Source: an uncultured virus (IMG/VR IMGVR_UViG_3300021961_000069) (taxonomy: Duplodnaviria; Heunggongvirae; Uroviricota; Caudoviricetes). Taken from it: a DNA stretch of 20,000 nucleotides. The position numbers and the translations under genes are program-made. Where the stretch lies: IMG/VR virus record IMGVR_UViG_3300021961_000069; one strand, 5' to 3'. The notes beneath the pieces are model-generated. The model worked only from the letters and a program-made list of their open reading frames with translations. It did not search any database and was not told the DNA's origin. How positions within the stretch are numbered: position 1 is the first letter of the stretch; each line of letters opens with the position of its first letter. Positions 1 to 9,800 of this stretch are shown here, in pieces.

Positions 1-3000
1 TGGTTATAAACCCTTGATTTGTATATCCGCTACCTCTTCCTGCATTAGTAGCATCTATAATTGTAGCTGGTTCCCAATCTTGTGTATTGAGATCAATACT
101 ACTTCCGTCACCAGGTGCTACATCATTAATACATTTCCATAATTTTCCGGAATATAATACAATGTCATTAACCTGATACGATGCAGAAGGATTATAATTT
201 CCTTTATAATAACTATCAATTCCACTAGCTTCTGGTGCTGATATTATTAAGAATCTACCGTCTGGACTTAGTTTCATTTCTTTACCAAAAGAACCTACTA
301 CTTCACTTGTAAATCCTGACGGTGGCGAAATTATCTGTTTCAAAGAAAGCCCTGCAGTTGTTTCTATATAGGTCATTGCTAACCCTGAACCAGGAATACT
401 AGAAATTACTAATTTGTGTAAATCATCATAAAGAACTTTATATCCTGTATTAAGAGGAGTTGTTGTTCCGTATTCTAAAAGTGATTTAGATGTGTATTGT
501 TGTTTTTTCTCTATAACTTCCCATTTGTTACTACCGTCATTGTCGATCCAAAATTTCGAACCTGATTTAAGTAACGCTACTGCGCTTTGATCTAGATCTG
601 TATAAGATTCAAATCTAGCATTTGTTAGTAGATAAAGAGAGGCCAGCGTACTATCCGCCACATCCGGATTCTGTATAGTCGCATCAACACTTACTGTTAT
701 GGTTGTTTTTCCAGTTGCTGTGATTTTATAAAATCCAGTTAGATTGTCTACTTTTTTTATTCCGACGATTTCATTAACTTGTAAATCGTGTATTCTGTTT
801 AATTCAACTTCAACTGTAGCATCTGTTTTAGTAACTCCTATAATGTTTAATTCAGGTGCTTTATTAAATCTTAATACATCCCAACTATAGTTGTTGTCAA
901 ATGTAATCCATATGTGATCGTTCTCTAAAAACGTTTCTATGTCTAGATTTAGTATATCATCTCTATTTTTTACTTTGTGTTGAACGTTGTCTGTTCTAAC
1001 ATAACCTGCAACTCTAGTAGGATCAGCATCATAAGATGTTGGATTAACATTAACAGTAAACGGTAATGGTTTAATAGAAAAATCTGTTTCTAATATTCTA
1101 TAATATTGATCTGACACATTTGAAGGTAAATTGCTTACAAATAGAATCGGCTGAGGATTGATAGAAAACTGATCTTTTTCTATATTAAATTCTAGTTCTT
1201 TAAGCTGATCTATTCCTCCAAATTTACCTACTAAGAATGCCCATTCTTCATTTAATTTTACACTAGATGCTCCGGCACGGCTTAACTTATTAAACACTTT
1301 AGTTACAGCATTGTTTGTGCCTTTTTCTCTAATAAAGCCCTGATATAATTGGAACTGTGTAATAGAATCTTCTGCGAGATTTTCTAAATATTCTCTAGAC
1401 TGATATCCCACAGAATGTCTTGCTAATCTACGTTGATTAGCGCCTACTCCTTCTGAATTCACATCGTAGTAATCGTCAAACTGATTAATTCTATAATCAA
1501 AGTTAGGAACTAATTGTTTTTCAGGAGAAGAATCTAATTTAGTCCAATATGTATCGTTGAAGGTTTCTGTACCTAATTGATTAATTAAGCTGGTCCAATT
1601 ATAAGAACGATATGAAACTATATCTCCAAGTTTATAATCAGTGAATGGTTGCCATACTTGTATATTAACATTGTCAAACAAGAATCCAGGTGATGTATAA
1701 TCACCGTCCCAATCTACAGTTCTAAATGCTTGTGTTTTAATACGTTCTTGTCTATATCCTGTAGTTTGATCATAGATAACATCATTGAATACTGTTCTAT
1801 CATCAAATACTGTAACGTGTTCTTTAAGGACATAGAATAGTTTAATATAATAGATACCGTTAGTGGTATTAGTCGGTTCTATCACAACATTCTGGAATTG
1901 TCTATTAACATTAATAAATTGTGGCTCTAATGGTTTTCCATCATCTTTTAATACTTGATAATCGTAGAACCCGTCTAAGATATTATCTGATACCCCTACT
2001 GGTATTTCAACATCAATTTTTTCTGCGGCAGGGCTTAGTGTAATTAATGATCCGATTTCCCAATTGTGTTTGGTCCAGAACATAAATTCTTTAGACGAGG
2101 TGACCCAATCCTGTGAAGCACCTAATTGCGGATCATATCTATCAAATACAAATCCTTGATCTTTCAGCCATTCTTGATATCCTAGTAGTAAATCAACTAC
2201 TGCCTGTATTGTTGTTAATTTTGTACCGTATGCTACCTGAGAAACTCTTGTTCTATTGAAGCTTTTCCTTCTTAAGGCTCTTACATCATTAACTGTTGGG
2301 ACTTCAGGCAATTTTTTCCAATTTCTTTCTTCAAAATCGTCGCCGCCGGTATGTGTGGTTATCGATCTGTAAAATGCACTTCTATATCTAACAACTACTC
2401 CATTATTGTAAAGTTTATTAGCTTCCCAATCCGTAAATTCTTCGCTGACACCGCCCACTGAAATCGCAGGATCATTCGGCGATTCTAGAGGTTTATAATA
2501 ATTGAATACAGGATTAATATCATCATATCCAGTAGCCGTCCAGCCACCTTCTGTTTTTTCTAATATTACTCCGCTGTAAGCTACACTAGCGATAGGCGAA
2601 CTTACATTAAAAATTATGTTATAGTTTTCAGCAGGAACAAAAATACTGCTTGATGTTGATTTAGGATTTTTACTATCTAATAGATATTTTGTTTGTGCTT
2701 TATCAACAAATCCGCTAAGTCTAGCTGATAGATTAACATCGATAGATTTTATTTGAGAATCTAAGTCTGTTGTTTTCCTTCCTCTAGATTTAATATATCC
2801 TATTAGATATTTTGATAATCCGATTACATGTCCAACTCCTGAATCCGGAATAATCAAATCATTTATTGTCTGGAAAACATTAGATGTTGAATTAACTGTC
2901 TGTTCTAATATGTTAAGTTTAGTTCTAGATCTATCAAAGCTATCTGTGATAAATTCAAAAGGTTTCAATAAACACATCGCTAATACTACAGCAAATGGAT

Positions 3001-6000
3001 ATTCTGAACTAGATCTCCAAGCATATTCAACTGGGCCAACATCGCCTAATTTAAACGGTCCTGTATTATTAATTAAAGTAAAATCATTTGCTAATCCTGA
3101 ATCTAACGGACTTAATAATCTTCCGTCACCATCTACTGGAATATGCGTTAGTAGTGTCGAACGTTTATACCTATTGTAAATACCAGCTCGGTTTCCGTGT
3201 TTAATTTCACCATTCGCTAAGTCTTCCCATAACACTAAGTTACCACTAGTATAAGGAGCTGGTCCGTATTCCTCTTCCCACCATGTTGGTTTTTCTGAGA
3301 ATCCTAACATTTCCCACGGACAACGATGTGGTCTATCAGTGTCGTAGAACCAACGATATACTCCTCTCCAATACCCGGGTAAGTTTTTAGTTCTAGTTGG
3401 ATCTGTCATGTTAGAATAAGTATAGGTAAAAGAATTTTCAGTATCTAAATATTCGTTCTCAGTATAATTCACTGTTGAATTCTGAACCCATTTTAAGAAT
3501 TCGGTTGCAACCACATCATCTAACGCTGGCTTTTCATACAATCCATATCCGTAATAGCCACCTACTATATTATCAATATCAAATAGTTCATAGTCATATT
3601 CTTCTTTAATATTGTTATAGATTCTAAATTCTAATTCGAGTAATAGTTCATCTCTATAATCACCGTATGATTTGATTATGCTACCGTCGTGTCCTTGTAT
3701 TACTTCTCTAGGTACTGTATACGTGTCGTCTATAAATTTTATAGGAGTATATTTTTTATACATTCCCATTGAGGTAGGAGTGGGTGGGACGTGACCACTA
3801 GCTGTAGATAGATACTCTCTTATTTCTATCTTATCACCTTCGCTCAAATTAACTGTTAATCTTACAAAACCAAAGGTACTATCAAATGTATAGTCACGAG
3901 AGTTAAGCAACTGTACATTGTTTAAATAAACATATACTGCTTTTCTGCTAGGAGTAATTAAATCAAATTTTTCTGATAATGCAAACGTTTTAATTCCGGT
4001 ATCTTCTACCTCATATGATATCTTAGTGTAAGCACCTGTACCTAAAACATCAGAATCTGAAAAAGGACTATCTGAATTTTTAGTTTTTGTAAGATCGGAA
4101 ATAATGTCATCCACAAAATCTATTAGATTATCGTTGTAATCTAATTCGGTTGCTTTGATTAAGAAATTATTTTTAAAATCGGTATATGCTTTGCGTGCAT
4201 ATTGCAAAGACTTAATAATATTATTTTCTTTGTCAGTTAATAAATGTATAGCTAATGGTGAACATCCAGAATGTTTTAAAAATCGTTTAGCATTTTTTTG
4301 ATAATCATCAAGATCACGAAGATTAGATAATCCCGGAATGTTTCCACTAAATCTTTCATCAAATTCTACAGAGGACCCTATATGATCAATAGCTTCACCG
4401 AAGGTAAAGTTTCCTAACTTTTCATTTAAAGGATTTTTTTCTAGCCCTAGCGGAATTTCATAATATCCAGTAACTGGTTCTAAATCTGTTATTATTTTTA
4501 TAACTACAACATCGTCTTGAACAAACGTTTGGCTGAATGTAAAAACATTTCTATTCCTAGTATATGTTCCTGTGTAATCTTTTCCGTTTAGATAAAACTT
4601 AATTATTAATTTTTGTGATGTACTTTCTTTGGACCAATCAACACTATTAAAAGTTAGTTTATTAGTAGATTCTAAAATTTTAACATTATCAACGATCGGT
4701 TGTACAAGTTCATTATTTGTTTTTATCCAACCATTAGCATAATTGCCATCGATTTTATAGTAGCCTGTTTGAATATTTTTTGTAAATGATTGGAAATCTA
4801 GAGAATATGTAAAAGAATCATTTTCCCAATCCCAAGTGAATAATATGTCTCCGATATTATCAATGTTTTGATAAGCGAGGCTGAATCCTAATTCAGTGTC
4901 GGTTATACTATTACCTAACTTGTAACTTAAGAGGTTTGTACCTATAAAGGTACTAACTGGATATGTATCGGCATTATTAAAACTTACACCGTTTTCATCA
5001 TATGCATCAAACAGTGGTGCTTGATTAACTTTTGTTTTTTCTTGGCTTTTTACCCATTTAGTTCCATCGAAATGGAACATTTTTCCGCCATTAACTGTTC
5101 CTCTTCTACATAGGACACACTCGCCTAAATTAGATGCAGAGTCTGTAGATGGCCTAAGTGATATTTGATTTCTACCATTATGATCTATAAAATCTACATA
5201 ATAAATCTTATTATTAGCTAGATCGTCAGTGTCTGCTACGACTAAAATTCTCGCACCTTCAAACAGATCTTCACCATCGATATTATATCCAGTACTACCT
5301 TCTATGTTTGAAAATACATCAGTGGTAAAATCATCTACATAATCTACTGTCTGTTTCGCGGTGCTACCGTGATTGAATAATTGTAGATTAGGTTTAAATT
5401 CTATAATAGGACGTTTCGCTCTAGATGATTCAGTTGCTGGAAAGTCCTGTCCTCTAAATGTGTAAGCATATTCTAAAACGCTACGGTGAAACCATCGATT
5501 ATATCTTGACCAAGGATTAGTATCTTGGCTGTCTCTCGAAATTGTTAGGTAATCTTTTTGTGATGGATATGCTGTAGCATCATCGAAAGGATCTGTATCA
5601 AATCCTTCGTTGTCAAAAAGCACTTCAGGTGTATCTGTGGTCAATACAGGAACTATTAGATCACTAAACTTAGTTAAGGTGATGGCATCTCCCACCCCTT
5701 CTATCAACCAAGACTCAGAAGCATACTTTGCTGGAGTGATGTTTCCTTGGAATTCAACTACTAATCCGTTTGTGAATGCTACACCATTACTGCTGGTGTA
5801 TGTTGTTTTACCAAGGACTTCATTTTCTATATCGATGAATGTATTAGATTCGATGTCGGCAATGATAAATCTTCCGAATCTGTTTGGTGTGATCAAACTC
5901 TGATAATACAACACATCCGGAGCATCATAAGGAACTTTGAATGTTAATGTTCCATTAGCGATTCCATTGTTAGTGACACCATCGTTATATTCTAGAGCGG

Positions 6001-6805
6001 TTCCGCCTGCGATGTTTTCTACGAATTTCCAATCCTCAGTTTCTAAATCAATAGTACTGCCGTCGAGTGGAGGAATATCTCTAACTGCTTGCCATAGCTT
6101 TTCATCATAGACAGCATATTCATTTGTTCTATAAAGTTTTTCAGGACGATATATCAATGATCCAGTATCATAATTGGTTCTAATGTATAGACCTTCGCCT
6201 GGAGAATTAACTATAAATTTGTATTCTTGTCCTCTATATAACGTTATAGCAGGGTTACCTGTTAGTCCGTCTGGAGTGAATATAAATGTTTCATCTACAC
6301 CTTGTTTTACTTTATAGGTGCTAGTTACTGTTGCTCGTTGTCCATACACTGCCACCGCTGGTGGTCCAGATGGTTCCCAATAGTATTCTCTGTAGTTGAT
6401 AAACTTATCCCAATTGATAGGGGGATTCCAACTGTAGTGTTCTTGGCTAGTGATTAAATCGTCACGTTCTTGATCGTTGCCAAAGAACTTGAGCATATTT
6501 TTAAAATCGAGATAGTCGTGGAAACTAGTGATGTTCTCACCGCTTTTGGTAATGACGCCTGGTTCTAACTGATATCTACTTCTTAGTGTTTGATCTGTAT
6601 CGAGATATACATCCTTACCGTTGTAGGTTTTTCCATATCGCTTTCCTAGATATCCAACCAGCTTTTGTAATTTTCCTGGCTGTACCAATGGATCAACGAC
6701 CGCAGACATAAACTTATCGTTGATATCTGTCTGAAAGGTATTGGGTAAAAGATCGCTGGTCTTTCTTATAGGTAATCCGCTTTCAGGAAACTGTTTATCT
6801 GCCAT
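1..6805 (-). CDS. Giant virion/baseplate structural protein (>2268 aa, 3'-truncated by the window edge); probable gp7/P2 gpI-equivalent wedge protein with accessory binding domains
   Basis: ATG at 6805-6803, one base after the gp6 TAA. Manual translation begins MADKQFPESGLPIRKTSDLLPNTFQTDINDKFMSAVVDPLVQPGKLQKLVGYLGKR and is still in frame at the edge (...QDWEPATIIDATNAGRGSGYTNQGFIT). The track lists no ORF from this start, consistent with no in-frame stop. It contains LYQGFIREKGTNNAVTKVF (gp7/gpI-like KGT motif, ~1295-1350) and four CBM5/12-like repeats, and lies directly after gp6. Confidence 0.88.
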   Translation of the reverse strand, partial: MADKQFPESGLPIRKTSDLLPNTFQTDINDKFMSAVVDPLVQPGKLQKLVGYLGKRYGKTYNGKDVYLDTDQTLRSRYQLEPGVITKSGENITSFHDYLDFKNMLKFFGNDQERDDLITSQEHYSWNPPINWDKFINYREYYWEPSGPPAVAVYGQRATVTSTYKVKQGVDETFIFTPDGLTGNPAITLYRGQEYKFIVNSPGEGLYIRTNYDTGSLIYRPEKLYRTNEYAVYDEKLWQAVRDIPPLDGSTIDLETEDWKFVENIAGGTALEYNDGVTNNGIANGTLTFKVPYDAPDVLYYQSLITPNRFGRFIIADIESNTFIDIENEVLGKTTYTSSNGVAFTNGLVVEFQGNITPAKYASESWLIEGVGDAITLTKFSDLIVPVLTTDTPEVLFDNEGFDTDPFDDATAYPSQKDYLTISRDSQDTNPWSRYNRWFHRSVLEYAYTFRGQDFPATESSRAKRPIIEFKPNLQLFNHGSTAKQTVDYVDDFTTDVFSNIEGSTGYNIDGEDLFEGARILVVADTDDLANNKIYYVDFIDHNGRNQISLRPSTDSASNLGECVLCRRGTVNGGKMFHFDGTKWVKSQEKTKVNQAPLFDAYDENGVSFNNADTYPVSTFIGTNLLSYKLGNSITDTELGFSLAYQNIDNIGDILFTWDWENDSFTYSLDFQSFTKNIQTGYYKIDGNYANGWIKTNNELVQPIVDNVKILESTNKLTFNSVDWSKESTSQKLIIKFYLNGKDYTGTYTRNRNVFTFSQTFVQDDVVVIKIITDLEPVTGYYEIPLGLEKNPLNEKLGNFTFGEAIDHIGSSVEFDERFSGNIPGLSNLRDLDDYQKNAKRFLKHSGCSPLAIHLLTDKENNIIKSLQYARKAYTDFKNNFLIKATELDYNDNLIDFVDDIISDLTKTKNSDSPFSDSDVLGTGAYTKISYEVEDTGIKTFALSEKFDLITPSRKAVYVYLNNVQLLNSRDYTFDSTFGFVRLTVNLSEGDKIEIREYLSTASGHVPPTPTSMGMYKKYTPIKFIDDTYTVPREVIQGHDGSIIKSYGDYRDELLLELEFRIYNNIKEEYDYELFDIDNIVGGYYGYGLYEKPALDDVVATEFLKWVQNSTVNYTENEYLDTENSFTYTYSNMTDPTRTKNLPGYWRGVYRWFYDTDRPHRCPWEMLGFSEKPTWWEEEYGPAPYTSGNLVLWEDLANGEIKHGNRAGIYNRYKRSTLLTHIPVDGDGRLLSPLDSGLANDFTLINNTGPFKLGDVGPVEYAWRSSSEYPFAVVLAMCLLKPFEFITDSFDRSRTKLNILEQTVNSTSNVFQTINDLIIPDSGVGHVIGLSKYLIGYIKSRGRKTTDLDSQIKSIDVNLSARLSGFVDKAQTKYLLDSKNPKSTSSSIFVPAENYNIIFNVSSPIASVAYSGVILEKTEGGWTATGYDDINPVFNYYKPLESPNDPAISVGGVSEEFTDWEANKLYNNGVVVRYRSAFYRSITTHTGGDDFEERNWKKLPEVPTVNDVRALRRKSFNRTRVSQVAYGTKLTTIQAVVDLLLGYQEWLKDQGFVFDRYDPQLGASQDWVTSSKEFMFWTKHNWEIGSLITLSPAAEKIDVEIPVGVSDNILDGFYDYQVLKDDGKPLEPQFINVNRQFQNVVIEPTNTTNGIYYIKLFYVLKEHVTVFDDRTVFNDVIYDQTTGYRQERIKTQAFRTVDWDGDYTSPGFLFDNVNIQVWQPFTDYKLGDIVSYRSYNWTSLINQLGTETFNDTYWTKLDSSPEKQLVPNFDYRINQFDDYYDVNSEGVGANQRRLARHSVGYQSREYLENLAEDSITQFQLYQGFIREKGTNNAVTKVFNKLSRAGASSVKLNEEWAFLVGKFGGIDQLKELEFNIEKDQFSINPQPILFVSNLPSNVSDQYYRILETDFSIKPLPFTVNVNPTSYDADPTRVAGYVRTDNVQHKVKNRDDILNLDIETFLENDHIWITFDNNYSWDVLRFNKAPELNIIGVTKTDATVEVELNRIHDLQVNEIVGIKKVDNLTGFYKITATGKTTITVSVDATIQNPDVADSTLASLYLLTNARFESYTDLDQSAVALLKSGSKFWIDNDGSNKWEVIEKKQQYTSKSLLEYGTTTPLNTGYKVLYDDLHKLVISSIPGSGLAMTYIETTAGLSLKQIISPPSGFTSEVVGSFGKEMKLSPDGRFLIISAPEASGIDSYYKGNYNPSASYQVNDIVLYSGKLWKCINDVAPGDGSSIDLNTQDWEPATIIDATNAGRGSGYTNQGFIT
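68..6151 (-). repeat. Four dispersed ~40-aa CBM5/12 (chitin-binding type 3)-like repeats inside the giant protein, at 6023-6151, 2309-2428, 1535-1654 and 68-196
   Basis: YRPEKLYRTNEYAVYDEKLWQAVRDIPPLDGSTIDLETEDW; WEANKLYNNGVVVRYRSAFYRSITTHTGGDDFEERNW; WQPFTDYKLGDIVSYRSYNWTSLINQLGTETFNDTYW; YNPSASYQVNDIVLYSGKLWKCINDVAPGDGSSIDLNTQDW. Shared pattern [WY].....Y..gd.V.Y....[WY]...W. Confidence 0.75.
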
Positions 6806-6806
6806 A

Positions 6807-9800
6807 TTATTCTGTACTTGTTACAAATGCGTTGATATTCGCCCTAACTTCTGTCGCTGAAATGCTTGATACTATTTCAACATCATCAACTGTGGCTCCA
6901 CTGATTAAAATCTCATCTGGTTGGCTCTGTATCTCAAATAGGCTACCGAACTCTTGATCTGTCTGTCTTGGAACTAAGACCATATTTGATATATCAGGAG
7001 CGACTTGATTAACGATATATGTTATTAATTCGCTGACATAAAATCTGTCTCCGAAGTCCCAATTATTGATATCAAAAAATTCGTTGATAGCACTGACTAT
7101 CCTAACTTTTAAGTCATTATCGTTTATAGTTTCGCCAGGATTTTTTACTACCTTAAATGATGCCTGAAGTTTAGTTTCTGCTTTAGCACCAAATAAAACT
7201 TTGTATCTCACAGGATGATATATTATTTCATCTGATATAGATTTGATAGCATTTAATTTTCCACCAAATGTGACCCTTAATGCATCTGTAGTTGGTGCTT
7301 CTGGTTCTGTCGTCGTTCCGCCTGCTAACCAAACTCTGTATGCTTGATCATAGCTACGTGTTAATAGATAGGTATCTATGATGTTGCTTGAACTAGGATC
7401 GATCCTGCGATCGACTGTGGCATTATGGATGTACTGGAATTTGATCTTATCTCTACCATACACCCCTTTGTAACCACTTTCTAAAACTAATGTGTTCGTG
7501 GTCCTATTCACACGCTTTACTCTGTCTTCATTTACATCATAAAAATACACCAATTGTCCGTCTGGATAAGTTGTTGTATCATTAAAATCTAACAAAGACT
7601 CTTTCTGTAAAATTTTAATAGTATCATTTGTGTTATCGATTAGCTGATAGGCTGTAGCTCCCGAGACATCTACTATCTGTTGGAAAAACAAGAAATTTAG
7701 ATCACTATCGACGCCTACGATCTGCTCAAACGATTCTGGATTATCGATCACGCCATCGTCGTCGCTGTCATAGAATGCTAATTTGATCTCTTCGGCAGAC
7801 TCGTACCCGTCGTCAAACTTGATAGTATCATCTATCTCGAAAGAGAAATCGCTGTATAATGGAGTGATGAAATCGCTACCTGTATTGATACCTAATACTT
7901 TGATCTGATCTTTAATGACATTGCCTAATGTATCATTGTATTGTTTTTCGCTGGCATCGAAATAGAATCTATTCTGCTCTTTGCTACCAAACACATATTC
8001 CATAGATCTCACACGGACCACATATTCATCTGCTTCTTTAACAAATGCTAGATACCAAGAGCTGTCTAGATTGCTGTTTGTGATATCGCCTGCTTTACCT
8101 AAACTAAATGCATTTAATAAATTTAAGTTTGATGCTGTGATTATTTTCCAAGCAGATTCCTGCACATCGAATCGCAGACCAAAGTTTAAATTCTGGAAAA
8201 TCTCATTGGTTATTTCTGTTTCTAAAGATGTTGGAAGATCATTAACGAATCTCGGAACTACTCTCGATGCTATCGCGCCTGAAGGCACAGTGTCACTGAA
8301 GCTCACAGGTCCTAGTCCTGAAGATAATATTCCTCTGTCTGCGTTGGTTCCATCACCTACGATGTTAATAGTTTTTGTCCAGATCCTATCTGTCTGCAAT
8401 GGATCTGACGCATCAACATTAACTAATTTTCCTTTCCTAAATGCTTTACCTGTAGGTGGTATGAATTTAATCATAGCACCTGTGAATAGGTATTGTAAAT
8501 TGTTCGTCGAATATGACCCAGTTTTTAATAAGGTATTATCAACAGCATTTTTAAAATATCCTGTTGTTAAATTAGTATCAGTGGTAACTTGTTCCCAGAT
8601 AACATTGTTGTTAGCGAAGATGATTTTTTCTTCTTTAGTTAGATAGAAATTATAGACATCGGTGCTGGAAAACAAAGGCTCGATACTGCGTTTAATAAAA
8701 TTAATGATATCGATTCTTGATGTAAATTTAAAGGTGATGTTCTTTTCAGTTTCTTCTTTGAAAATATATCCATCATCTGCGAACACATTGATATCGCTGT
8801 ATTTTCCAGAAGCATCGATGATCTCATAGTTCCGTGAAATACCGCTGGCTGTCCTATTCACTGATTTTACTTTTAAAATATCTTGTGAGCTAGATAGTGG
8901 TGCTAGGTTATAATCTTCACCAGTTACCATCCTATTCTGTGTATAATAAACAGCAGGTGCGTTCTGTCTGATATTATCTGTGCTTTCTGATCCTGATGCT
9001 GTAGCTACAGTGTATTGTAAATCTAATCCTATGGTCAATGTGTGTGACAATCCCTGTTTATTCACATAAGGAATAGCGATGTTGATACCTCTCATTTCAT
9101 TTGGAGATATCGTGTAAGACAATCCATTTGAAACTCTGTAGTATGTTCTAAATGCACCTTGTGGAAGATTACCATAGACGCCATCGGCGAATGTTAAATC
9201 AATTTTATCATCCTCTTTGGTGATAACATTATAGATATTTCTTATGTCCTGTGTCACAGAATTATAAGCGATATTGTTTCCTATCAGACTCTCGACTTTT
9301 TTCCACTCGTCTTGTTGTACTCCGTCGGGGCTCAATTTAAACAACCAAACATCGTTGTTATTGATATTAGGTGTATCGATCGCGACCGTTTCGTTTGTGG
9401 TAGGAACATCGATTTCAAAATCTGCGAGCTCTAATGATCCCTGTTTGAACATTAGATAAAATCCTGTGTTAGCACTGCCTGGACCTTTACCATCATTACG
9501 ATAAATGAACCCCATCTGGTTTCCTGGCACCGGTGGTTCCTCGTAGATCTCTTCTGATCCTTGGAAACTAGTCGAAACTACTTCGAAAGCCATTCCTCTG
9601 CCACTGGCTGTTTTAGAATAAGTGAAGATAGGAACGTCAGTGTTGGTGCTCCTAAATCTATATTGTTCTGTCCTGATACCTTGGATGGTAGAGACCCCTT
9701 GGCTACGTCCGAATTCTGTGTTGTCGCTCATCGCAGAATTTAGGATCACTAAAAATTGTTCTAACCAATTATTGTTAGTTGGGTCGTTCCACTGTATAAT

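Noticed and set aside
2910..5903. Plus-strand ORFs 2910-3179 and 5610-5903
   Set aside because: They are antisense shadows of the giant minus-strand gene, with TTG starts and no recognisable motifs.
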